A stretch of 64,000 bases of DNA from Eledone cirrhosa (lineage: Eukaryota). The position numbers were made by a program, and so were the translations under genes. Of this stretch, positions 40,402 through 51,225 are shown one piece after another; the stretch's first letter is position 1; each line of letters begins with the position of its first letter. Below the pieces are notes generated by a model. It ran no database searches. It was not told where the DNA came from and saw nothing but the letters and a program-made list of their open reading frames with translations. The stretch spans positions 376,774,001 to 376,838,000 of the forward strand of contig OZ024742.1 of assembly GCA_964016885.1 (NCBI GenBank), in the 5' to 3' direction.

Positions 40402-40470
40402 CTGACACAGGAACGATGTACTAGTTTCAAGCTTGTTAGCTATCATCAGCACCGTATACCCTTCTGCCAG
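40402..40470 (-). ncRNA. Type I hammerhead ribozyme (antisense copy)
   Basis: Exact reverse complement of 40700-40768. Confidence 0.75.
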
Positions 40471-40699
40471 ATAGTTGAACGTTCGAAAGTATATGCTTTC
40501 CTTATGAAAATTAATATACATACATACTTACATTTAAGTAAGTGCCGTACTAAGAGTGAGAAATGAAATTTCGTTTTCATTTTATTTCAACTTATCATTT
40601 TCGGTATGCCTGACCGACTTAACTCACTCGATATGCAAATTAGGCCGCTCAGCCGTTAATTTTCATAATGAAAGTATATACTTTCGAACGTTCAACTAT

Positions 40700-40768
40700 C
40701 TGGCAGAAGGGTATACGGTGCTGATGATAGCTAACAAGCTTGAAACTAGTACATCGTTCCTGTGTCAG
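40700..40768 (+). ncRNA. Type I hammerhead ribozyme, predicted cleavage after GUA at 40751
   Basis: Helix I ACGGUG/CAUCGU; core CUGAUGA (40721-27); helix II AGCU-AACA-AGCU; GAAA (40742-45); palindromic helix III ACUAGU; distal helix I CUGGCA/UGUCAG. Confidence 0.78.
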
Positions 40769-40806
40769 AACTGATACATGCATATATGTATGTGTACCTG
40801 TATGTA

Positions 40807-40878
<72 letters not shown>

Positions 40879-41099
40879 TGCTACTGTACGTCTGTATACA
40901 TATATGTATGTACGTATACATACATACTTACATTTAAGTAGGTGCCGTACTAAGAGTGAGAAATGAAATTTCGTTTTCATTTTATTACAACTTATCGTTT
41001 TCGGTATGCCTGACCGACTTAACTCACTCGATATGCAAATTAGGCTGCTCAGCCGTTAATTTTCATAAGGAAAGTATATACTTTCGAACGTTCAACTAT

Positions 41100-41168
41100 C
41101 TGGCAGAAGGGTATACGGTGCTGATGATAGCTAACAAGCTTGAAACTAGTACATCGTTCTTGTGTCAG
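41100..41168 (+). ncRNA. Type I hammerhead ribozyme, predicted cleavage after GUA at 41151
   Basis: Same fold exactly 400 nt downstream; one C>U change in the distal stem I region. Confidence 0.78.
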
Positions 41169-41578
41169 TGTTGAACAAAAAGGTGACGTGGTTGCCTTAA
41201 CACCGTACGGCATAAATTCAGGCTGTTCAGTTTGTTTACAAATGAACAAAGCGGCGTTATAATAAGCGTCCGCTAAACTGATACGTGCATATATGTATGT
41301 GTACCTGTATGTATATATGTATATATATATATATATATATGCATGCTACTGTACGTCTGTATACATATATGTATGTACGTATACATACATACTTACATTT
41401 AAGTAAGTGCCGTACTAAGAGTGAGAAATGAAATTTCGTTTTCATTTTATTTCAACTTATATATATATATATACTTATATATATATATATACATATATAT
41501 ATACACATATATATATATGTATGCGTATATATATATATATGTATGCGTATATATATATATATATATATATATGTATGC

Positions 41579-41661
<83 letters not shown>

Positions 41662-41724
41662 TATATACTTATATATATACATACATATATATATACATAT
41701 ATATATACATACATATATATATAC

Positions 41725-41794
<70 letters not shown>

Positions 41795-41861
41795 ATATGT
41801 ATGCGTATATGTATATATATATATTTATATATATATATATATATGTAAATATATATATATA

Positions 41862-43234
41862 TCATCATCATCATCATCATCAACGTTTAACGTCCGTGTT
41901 CCATGCTTGCATGGGTTTGGATGGGGGTATTCCCACTTGAGGCAAGAGTGATTGTCTTGCTCGCATAGGACTGTCTGGCAGGTTTTCTACAGTTGGATGC
42001 CCTTCCTAACACCAACCACATTTACAGTGTGGGTCTGGGAGGTTTTTACCGTGTTGCCTACACGGCCACATTACAACGTGGACTGTGTGTTTTTTTGTCG
42101 TGACACCTACACGATTTCATTTGTTTCGGCCTGGATGGTGTGGCACCAACATAACTTTACATAGGAGGGGGTGGTGTGGGTGGGGTGGGGGTGGTGGGAC
42201 GGGGGTGTATTTTGTTAGAGATGCCTACTGGCTGTAGTAGGTTTTACTATGTATTTAGGTAAGGCGGGTCTTCTCTATTACTGAGTACCGCCAAAGGTCT
42301 CGGTCCAGTGACATTGTCTTGGAGAGGTGTAACTGTGTGAGGTCGGAGTTTATCAGCTCGTCCCAGGTTTTTCTAGGTCTGCCTATTCCGTGGCTACCGT
42401 CTATCTTTATTGCCCTGCACTTTGTTATACAGCTATCGACTTTCATGCGCATCACGTGTCCATACCAACGTAGCCTTCTCTCGAGTAAACAACATCTGAT
42501 CCCTCTTATTTCTAATTTTTTCCTTAGTTCGTTTATGCTTTGCCGTTCACGTATATTACTATTACACATCCAGCGGAGCATGCAAGCTTCGTTTCTCTCT
42601 AGTCTGCGTATATCCTCTGCACACAATGCCCAGGTCTCACTGCCATGCAACATTGCTGTTCGTATGCAGGCATCATACAACCTGCCTTTCATTTTTAGGG
42701 AGAACCTTTTAGCGGCTAATAGTGGTATAAGCTCTCTGAACTTTTTCCATCCAGTTCTGACTCTAGCTACTGTACTTTCAGAGCACCCTCCCCCACTGCT
42801 GATTTTGTCACCCAGGTAACGGAAGCTGTCCACTATTTCTATAGAGCCCTCTGCGCAGTTGTAAGAGCTAGTATTTCGTGGGCACTTGCTGCTACTTATT
42901 GCACCAGAGCACCGCCCACATGTAAAATCTATGTTCTTAGTTAGCTTACCTGTGATCCCACTACATCTTTTATACACCCATACTTTGCATTTAGGACATA
43001 AAATGGAGTTTCTGCCTACTCCTTTCCTACACACTGAGCATGGCCATTTGCCGGAAGGGACCGCTGCCTTATTTTCTTTCCTACAAACTAGAACTTTAGT
43101 CTTAGCCAGCTTAATTTTAAGGCCTTTTGATTCTAGGCCGTGCTTCCATGTTTGGAATTTCTTCTCTAGCTCGGCCATTGATTCAGCTATGAGTGTCAGG
43201 TCGTCTGCGTATAGGAGTTCCCATGGGCAGCCGG
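41862..43234 (-). mobile_element. RTE family B, 5'-truncated, RT C-terminal half open
   Basis: ORF from GCPWELLYADD to KTRLT* (42255), ~390-bp 3' UTR, (ATG)n tail. Confidence 0.95.
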
Positions 43235-43275
<41 letters not shown>

Positions 43276-43447
43276 AAATGAAAAGTATAGAAATGGTTGT
43301 AGCGAGAAGCCAACAGTATTCCATAACAAATATATATATATATATACATGTATATATATATATATATTATATTATATTTAGAGTTATAAACTCAAAAAGT
43401 CCTTACAATTAATTAGCTCAAAGAAAGAAGCATTTCTGAGCCGTGAA

Positions 43448-43669
43448 ATACAAGTTAATATAAATTAAAATATGATAAACACATAAGTGTTTGTATTGTA
43501 AAAGACGAAGTTAGCTAGAATGAAACAAACTAATTCAAATAAATATAGTTTGCCTGTCTCGATCTAAAATAATAAATCAATAAAAACAAACCTATATTGG
43601 CATCTAGCTAACTTCGTCTTTTACAATACAAACACTTATGTGTTTATCATATATTAATTTATATTAACT

Positions 43670-43674
<5 letters not shown>
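43448..43674. repeat. 72-bp near-perfect inverted repeat with 83-bp spacer
   Basis: 43448-43519 is the reverse complement of 43603-43674 with about one mismatch. Confidence 0.9.
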
Positions 43675-43723
<49 letters not shown>

Positions 43724-44009
43724 AGTCCCGGTGTGTTATTAAAGACATGACAATGTTTGAGTTTTATCTATTTTATCAAACAATTTTCATATTTTCTTTT
43801 GAGTTCTTTCCAGTTTGTTTGAAATAACAAACTTCCTCAATTCCTGATTTAATCAATTTTTCTTGGCTTTTACTTTAATAATATCTTTAAAAGAACAGCT
43901 GTACCCCACAAATACAAATATATATATCCACACATACATATATATATGTATATATATGTATGTGTGTGTGTGTGTGTGTGTGTGTTTATATATATATATA
44001 ATAATGTTA

Positions 44010-44310
44010 AGGCGCATGGCTTAGTGGTTAGAGCATTGGGCTTGCAATTGAAAGGTTATGAGACACTTTATTTCATGTTGCTCCATTTTATTCAGCTGTA
44101 GAAATGAGTTGCGACGTCACTGGTGCCAAGCTGTATCGGTCATTGCTTTTCCCTTGGACAATATTGGTGGAGTGGTGTGGGGAGGCTGGTATGCATGGGC
44201 GTCTACAGGTCTTCCACAAAAAAAACCTTGCCCAGGCTTGTATCTTGGAGGGAAAACTTTCTAGGTGCAAAACCATGGTCATTCGTGACCGAATCGGGCC
44301 AACGCGATAT
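44010..44310 (+). mobile_element. SINE family 2 relative (internal deletion removes B-box region)
   Basis: GGCGCATGGCTTAGTGGTTAGAGCATTGGGCTTGCAA head; tail as in 5416-5715. Confidence 0.8.
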
Positions 44311-44641
44311 GATCATCATTTTACGTCCACTTTCCCCAGCTTGCAAGGGTGGGACGGGAACTGATTCTGTGGCTTGATTTCTACAGCTGGATGCCCTTCC
44401 TAACACCAACCTCATTTACAGTGAGTGCTGGGTGCTTTTTTGCCATGGCACCTCCATGGCCACTTTGCAGTGGAATGATGTGGACCCCAGTCCCTATCAT
44501 CTCATTTCTACAGCTGAGTAAACTGGAGCAATGTGAAATAAAGTGTCTTGCTCAAGGAAACAACACATCACCCGGTCTGAGAATTGAACTCACAACCTTT
44601 CGATTGCAAGGCCAATGCTCTAACCACTAAGCCATGTGCCT
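44311..44641 (-). mobile_element. SINE family 2, full length
   Basis: Near-identical to 15134-15476. Confidence 0.88.
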
Positions 44642-44669
44642 CCATCATATATATATATATATATATTTC

Positions 44670-44755
44670 GGCTTTCTGTTCTCTGAGTTCAAAACCTAGT
44701 GAGGTCAACTTTGTCTTTCATCCATTTGAGATTGATAAAAAAAGTACCAGTCTAG
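44670..44755 (+). mobile_element. SINE family 1 fragment
   Basis: CTGAGTTCAAAACC...GGTCAACTTTGTCTTTCATCC...AAGTACCAGT. Confidence 0.65.
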
Positions 44756-45104
44756 GACTGGTGCAGATTCATCTTCTATATCTCCCTATCACTTCCTCTC
44801 TCTCACTCTCTATCTTTTCTTGAAGTGTATATATGCACAAATTAATAATAGCACATATTTTTCTTTATGTGGTATAAACTCATAGCTCCGACTACCTGTT
44901 GAGTTATTTAGTATTCTCAGTAATACTGTTTGTATTATGACCCTGTGTAGCTCCTGGAATCTATTTATACCTTTTCATATCAAAATTCTTAAAACCATTC
45001 CTGGTTCTATGATATAAAACTGTTCCTTTTAAAGTTCTATCATAATTTTATGTAAAAATCTTAGCTAAGTTATATTCCAAACACCAGCTTGATAATGAGA
45101 AAGT

Positions 45105-45270
45105 TACTGTATATACTTGAGTAGTAGTCAATCTCATGTAAAGTCGACTCCCTATTTTTGACCAAAAAATCTTGAATTTTTCATAGAACTTGTATAAAAG
45201 TTGACCCTATTATTTCAAGGTCAATTTGTGGGTCAAAGTATCAGCCTGTTCGTAGAGATAACACAGTTAC
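45105..45270. mobile_element. Old Tc1/mariner-type MITE remnant
   Basis: Begins TA-CTGTATATACTTGAGTA...AAGTCGAC, resembling CCGTATATACTCGAGTATAAGTCGA-type TIRs; the other end is degenerate. Confidence 0.45.
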
Positions 45271-45282
45271 TAAATCATCATT

Positions 45283-45462
45283 ATTGGCAGTATCGGTAGA
45301 GGGTTGGACGCCATGCTTTCTAGCATAGTTACTTCCCTTACGGTCTGGGTTCAAAATCTGTCGAGGTTAACTTTGCCTTTCATCCCTATGGGGTCGATAA
45401 AATAAAGTACCAGTAATGTACTGGGTATTGCTGGCCTTGTGCCAAAAGTAGAAACAATTATT
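45283..45462 (+). mobile_element. SINE family 1, full length
   Basis: ATTGGCAGTATCGGTAGAGGGTTGGACGCCATGCTTT...GTAGAAACAATTATTA. Confidence 0.88.
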
Positions 45463-45879
45463 ACAAATACATTTCTGAAACTAAAGATTTACCCAAATAT
45501 GTGTCTACCTTACTATAGACTGCCCTATAGCTGGAATACTTGGTACTTATAGTAAAAGACCATAGAATAGCAGGCACTACACATCTGTTGTTTTTACACC
45601 ACCATTACTAAAATGTATACACAAGATGTGCTGCAAGCCTGCAATCTTTATATTTTCCTCATTTCCAAACACAATAGCCATGCATCAACACTTGTCTCAT
45701 CGTCTCTTTACATCTTTATAGATTTTGTTATTTACTAATCAGTAATATTACTGTAATTCATTGTGTTTGTTTTTATTTGTTTAGAGATTAGTTGGGTTTC
45801 TGCTACTGATATGGTACTTTGGATTCTAGCTTGAATTTCATGTCCCTCAAAAATAGTATCTATGTAATAGTCAACAGAT

Positions 45880-46325
45880 GAGAAACAATGAGGTCACTAT
45901 TCTTGGAGGCAATCAAGGAGAAAATGCATTTATTCCCAAGATTCCTCTAATCCCTTCTTCTACTGAGGTGTCGTTCAAATTCTCAAGACTTCAGTTCCCT
46001 GTTAGAGCCAGTTTTGCTATGACCAGAAATAAAGCTCATAGTTGTAAGATTGAATACAAGAGAATCAGTTTTTACCCATGGACAGTTATAGGTAGGTTGT
46101 TCACACGTGGGAACACCTAGAAACTTCCATATACTATACACAAACACTAAAATGAAAAATCTGGTGTTTCTGGGAGATTTTTGACTTTTTTTTTTATAAC
46201 ACATACACAAAGTTCTCGCCTCATACTGTAAACCAAACAACGCATCCAATACAGTTGTTTTCTCTTCTACCTGTCTTCTCTTATCATCTGTTTACATGGG
46301 CTAAGCTGGGTACCTTAGTTAGTAA
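45880..46325 (+). mobile_element. Helitron remnant: Pif1-type helicase C-terminus and 3' end
   Basis: FIPKIPLIPS...FKFSRLQFPVRASFAMTRNKA, then shifted VFTHGQL*VGCSHVG; degenerate terminal hairpin near 46297-46323. Confidence 0.8.
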
Positions 46326-46506
46326 GAAATAAAGTGTTGAAAATGTTAAGAGTTGATGAGCAAGCTGTTCCATTGATCAAACAACCGGAACTCTCACCTT
46401 TGAAATTAGTGAAGCTACAACCTGTTCAGTAAAGAAATATACAAAGCAAGCAGTTTTAAAGTTAAAAGAATATTTTTCAAATAAAATAAAAAAAATAAAA
46501 ATTTGA

Positions 46507-46700
46507 TCATGACAATCATGACCATCACCATCATCACCATCACCATCATCATGACCATCATCATCACTATCATCATCACCACCACCACCACCACCATCAC
46601 CATCATCATGACCACCATCATCACTATCATCACCACCACCACCACCACCACCATCATCATCATTGTTTGATGTCCATTTTTTCCACGCTAGCATGGGTTT
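46507..46700 (-). repeat. (CAT/CAC)n trinucleotide tract attached to an RTE 3' terminus
   Basis: Tract adjoins GTTTGATGTCCATTTTTTCCACGCTAGCATGGG, the RTE-B terminus in reverse. Confidence 0.8.
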
Positions 46701-47319
46701 TATATTTGAGGAATTTCAGAAGGAGTTCTTTAAATTTCCATACAGTAGTGTTTGATATGTAGATACACTTCTTCAGTTTAAATTCCTTAAGAATTTCCCA
46801 ATGTCATTTTATTTCGCTGCCTTGCAGTAACCAAGTTTACGCTTAAGTGCTTGCATAAATTATTGCACGGAGAAAATTGGATTCTGTTCAAAATAAGATA
46901 GATTTGTATCCATGCATGGCTGAGCTTTAGACTAGGGCACCTTTTAAATTGTTTTGTCTCCTTCATTACCTTCGTCAGAACAAATAGCTACTTCTCAGTT
47001 TTCCTGTATAATCACATAGGATTAATTCAATATCCTTGTTAACTTCAAACTTCATCCTTACATTGAGGAATATATTTTCCAAATGTTGTTATAAATATTT
47101 TCACAGCTCCAACACCGCTGCACCCTAGGCCTAGAGCCCCCCTCCTTCCCCCTCCCATTCTTCTGTCACCCTAGAGTCCTTACCCTTCCCTTCCTTTTCC
47201 ATTTTCATAACCACAAAAGATGCGTTTATTTTACAATAAAATTTTAGTTAATAAACAATCTGGTGCTTAATTCTAGCAGAACACTTAATTTCACTTGTAT
47301 ATAAATACTGTAACATTGA

Positions 47320-47480
47320 AGTGCCATGCTTTGCAGCAAAGAGTTACGGTCCTTTACAGCCTGATTTCAAATCCTGCCGAGGTTAACTTTGCCTTTTATC
47401 CTTACGGGGTCGATAAAATAAGGTACCAGTAATACACTGGGGGTAATTGCTGGCTTTGTGCCAAAAGTAGAAACAATTAT
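47320..47480 (+). mobile_element. SINE family 1, 5'-truncated
   Basis: GCCATGCTTTGCAGC...GGTTAACTTTGCC...GTAGAAACAATTATT. Confidence 0.85.
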
Positions 47481-47913
47481 TTACACACATTAGAAGTAAT
47501 AGATAACTGAGAGTCAAATATATAGTTAATGTGATGTGGTTAATATATATATACATACACACCAGGCCTGAACACAAAGGAACCAAACTCCCACTGTCAC
47601 TGCCTCTGTCTCTCCCACTCTCCCTATCTCTCACTAATATAATAAAATTGGGGCCCACGTGCTGGCCGCCATGCAGCCCCGGTGGACAGACTAGGCGTAT
47701 CCCCAGAGGATAGTGAGGGAGACACAAGAGCCATTCCAACTCATGAGGCTCACACCTGCGGGTTGTCAACTCTGTACTGATGGTGGCGAGCAGGGAGATG
47801 GTCCTAGGGCCAAGGACACCAGAAGTCTCCATGTTTCTTGAGCTGTTTCTATTATTTCCTTTAGATGTTATTATAGCAGTAATTCTATGAAACAATTCAT
47901 CAACATTTTTGCA

Positions 47914-48505
47914 TTCATCATCATCATCATCACATCTCCATGCTTGCATGGGTTGGACAGGTCCTTCTCAGCACGGCATCTCTCCACTTGTCACATTCCT
48001 TCGTCATCTCTGCCAGTCTTAGCAATTTGAGGTTCTCTCTTATAAACTCTGCCCAGGTCTTTCTTGATTGTCCTCTGCTGCAGCTTTCTGCCACTGGAAT
48101 TTCCTTGTATTTCTTTACCCATTGGTCATTTACAGTGTGGGCTGGTTGCTTTTTGTTGTGACAACTACACGACCACTTTACAGTGTGGACTGGGGACTTT
48201 GGTGGGAGAGATGTGCAATGGTCAGCTTTTATTACCTCATCCCAAGTCTTCCTGGGTCTTCTTACTCCATGGCTTCAATCAACTTTGAACACTATGCACC
48301 TTTTTATACAGCTATCATCCTTCATATGCATCACATGTCCATACCAAAGCAATCTCCTCTCCTGCACGCAGCAGCTGATTCCACTTATGCCTAGTTTCTC
48401 TCTCAGTTCAATTAGGCTTTGCTGTTCACATAAATTACTTTTAGACATCTAGCGGAGAATGCAAGCTTCATTTCTTTCTAATCTTTGCAAGTCCTCTGCA
48501 CACAG
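47914..48505 (-). mobile_element. Composite decayed RTE 3' fragments
   Basis: (CAT)n tail, A-like ORF end, an embedded 47-bp-unit UTR piece (48127-48200), and CATCACATGTCCATACCA (WYGHVM). Confidence 0.7.
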
Positions 48506-48925
48506 TTATATATATATATATGTGTGTGTATATATATATATATATATACGAAGAAGAGAAGTGGTTGTGTAGTTGCTAGATAAGGTATGCTTAAAAATAA
48601 GAAAAAAGCAAGAACGGGAGAAGTTTTCCTCATCAGTTGTCTGCTGGGGGTCTCGGATATTTCTTCTATTAAAGACAAAATATCTACCCCCAGTATGTTC
48701 AATAACTAGGTAACTTATTGGGAAAACGAAGGAGAGAAGGAAAGAAAATATAGGTTAACAGAAGGGAAAAGGGAAGAAAAGAGAAAAGAGAAAAACAGCG
48801 AAAAAAATGTGAAACAACAAACCGAAGAGTATGTGAGCAACTCGAAGAGAGAAAATTCAAGTCCACGACGATTACTGAACATAAGTTCTAGATTGTGTGG
48901 ACGAATATATATATATATATATATA

Positions 48926-50082
48926 CTAGCAGTGTATGCCGGCGTTGCACGGGTACGAACATTGGTAATAGCACCTGCAATGAGAAACGTTTATTTGTGA
49001 GTACATGTTAAAAACTAACGAAAATATACCGACAGGAAACTTGTTTTATTTGGAGAAAATTAAGAAGTTGAAAGTACAGTTTAGCTGTCTACGTGCATTG
49101 TTCATAAAAATATTTTGACCCCCTTCTTTTCATACTCCTCTGTTTTGGCCTATTGGAGTAAATGTGAAAGAGAAAGTCACAGGTTAAGTTGGCAGAAGGT
49201 TCCAGTGTCATAGCAGTAAGGCGTAGGCTACTTACCTCAAAAGTTCATTCGCACTCTTTCCACTAAGTTACTCTTTATCTCTATCCCTCTCAGTGCAGTC
49301 CCTTGCGAATTTCTCGCGTAGGCCTGGTGTAGATTTGCACCCAATCCATCTGCCTGATGCACATGTCCGCTTGTACGGCTTTTGGAGGAAGGAGTGACCA
49401 GCAGTATGTTGTTCGGTATTATTACGAAAAGGTGTAGCAGAAAATCCCGTGTGAACTAACAGCTCGGGAGGAAAATGCTTACCTCGAAGATTCATTTGCC
49501 ATCGTTCTTGTCAACGCTCCGTTTAGTTGGTATTTGTTGGTCTACAGTTAGATGAATGGCGCACAAAGGGTCAATGTTTATTGGCAAGAAGTGGCAACTG
49601 GGCTGGCTTGCCTCGCTTATATTATATATTAAAATAATAGATTAAAGTTTAAGCAAAGAATCGCTGCTCTCACCCTTAACGGGATCTTCTGAAACTAAAA
49701 AAATCAATCTGTGAACGCAGAAGTAAATATTTCGAAAAACGTTGCAACCGAAGGAAGACAGGAAGATGATACTTTGGTTCGTGAAGACGTTCCCTGGCAA
49801 TGAATGGAAAATAGCGAACATAATACGTCATCAATGTTTGTCATAATATCGTAATGCAGACAGCCAGGCATACAGACAGATATTATAAGAGCGCGACGGA
49901 GATAGATAACCGGCGCCTAACACCCCTTTAACAACAGTTAATTGAAAAATAAAAGCTGCAGTTAATATTTTTATACCGCAAGGAATATATAAATGCAAGT
50001 TTGAGTAGAAATGTGGATTTGTATAGACTTTGCAAAAATGAGGACAGACAGAGACAATTTCAGTTTTATATATATGTATAGA
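48926..50082 (-). mobile_element. Non-autonomous Helitron, ~1.16 kb
   Basis: Minus strand starts TC (TCTATACATATATATAAAACTGAAATTGTCTCTGTC) and ends CCCGTGCAACGCCGGCATACACTG-CTAG followed by T; inserted between A and T in (TA)n; no TSD. Confidence 0.75.
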
Positions 50083-50126
50083 TATATATATATATATATG
50101 TGTGTGTGTATATATATATATATAAA

Positions 50127-50212
<86 letters not shown>

Positions 50213-50217
<5 letters not shown>

Positions 50218-50802
50218 GAACCTTGGTTCATCATTACCTCTCATCACGAACAATCGAACATAAAACATCTCAGGTGATGAACAACAGTTGGCAACAGGCT
50301 GGGAGTACTGGTGGAAAAGCATCACTTGCTGTGTTACTATTGTGATATCTATCTGTCTTTCACACACAGTCTCTCTCTCACTGTATTTCCCTCTCAACAT
50401 TTTGTATCATCATCATCATCATCATTTTACGTCCGCTTTTCCCTGCTTGCAAGGGTGGGACGGGAACTGATTCTGGCTTGATTTCTACAGCTGGATGCCC
50501 TTCCTAACACCAACCTCATTTACAGTGAGTGCTGGGTGCTTTTTTGCCGTGGCACTTCCACGACCACTTTGCAGTGGAATGATATGGACCCCAGTCCCTA
50601 TCATCTCATTTCTACAGCTGAGTAAATTGGAGCAATGTGAAATAAAGTGTCTTGCTCAAGGAAACAACACATCACCCGGTCTGAGAATTGAACTCACAAC
50701 CTTTCGATTGCAATGGAGGAGAAAATAGTTTTGGTTTACAAACATTTCGGGTAATGAATGTCTTTGAGGAATGAAGTAAGTTTGTGAACTGAGGTTCCAC
50801 TG
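50213..50802. mobile_element. Tigger/pogo-like MITE remnant interrupted by a SINE
   Basis: Imperfect TIRs TAGTAGAACCTTGGTTCA / TGAACTGAGGTTCCACTG, TA flanks. Confidence 0.6.
50406..50713 (-). mobile_element. SINE family 2, head truncated
   Basis: Near-identical to 15134-15445. Confidence 0.88.
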
Positions 50803-50824
50803 TATATATATATATATATATATA

Positions 50825-51225
50825 TTTTGCCGAAAAGAAGTAAGTGACATAGTCATTACTTTAAAACAGATACCGTATGGTCTTCTAAATGTTTTTAATT
50901 AAACATACAGTATATTGCCAAATATACTATACATACATTTCAGAGCACCAATCCTAATACTTAATTTTTGCTGGACCGGCAATCGCTCTGTATAATCAGC
51001 TCCTGATTATTACTGGAATTCTATAAAAATCCAGCTTCTATAATTTTCGGCGAAAGCAGGGGAGTACGTATCTCTGATGAACGTCAACCAGCGTGAAACA
51101 GACTGTCAGCTTCTCTCCCTTCTTTCGCCAAAAGGAAGTAAGTGACATAGTCACTACATTAAAACAGATAGCGAATGGTCTTCTAAATGTTTTTAATATT
51201 GCCAAATATACTATACATACATTCA
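50825..51225 (+). mobile_element. Second hammerhead-bearing partial-tandem element (298-bp period, ~1.35 copies)
   Basis: GAAGTAAGTGACATAGTC...CTATACATACATT repeated at 50837 and 51135; (TA)n on both sides; hammerhead between the repeats. Confidence 0.7.
51049..51129 (+). ncRNA. Type I hammerhead ribozyme, family 2, predicted cleavage after GUC at 51107 (proximal helix I weakened)
   Basis: CUGAUGA (51074-80), helix II ACGU/GCGU, GAAA (51095-98), helix III ACAG-A-CUGU, GUC, distal helix I GGCGAAAG/CUUUCGCC and AGGG/CCCU. Confidence 0.68.

Larger units (their letters stand above)
40169..41459. mobile_element. ORF-less hammerhead-ribozyme element (non-LTR retrozyme / Penelope pLTR-like): one inverted partial copy plus about 2.2 tandem copies
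   Basis: Direct units start at 40521, 40921, 41386 (400 and 465 bp); inverted partial copy at 40169-40514; flanked by (TA)n; each unit carries a hammerhead fold. Confidence 0.8.

Noticed and set aside
43503-43530. AGACGA...GAAAC as a degenerate hammerhead
   Set aside because: Core lacks CUGA and no supporting helices are visible.
44010-44065. tRNA gene (CTTGCAA anticodon-like loop)
   Set aside because: Head of a multi-copy SINE with no complete cloverleaf or acceptor stem; the same applies to the other SINE heads.
47383-47949. 188-aa minus-strand ORF over a GC-richer island; possible HDV-like ribozyme
   Set aside because: ORF starts in an RTE tail and ends in a SINE, with no recognisable domain; a nested double pseudoknot could not be built by eye.
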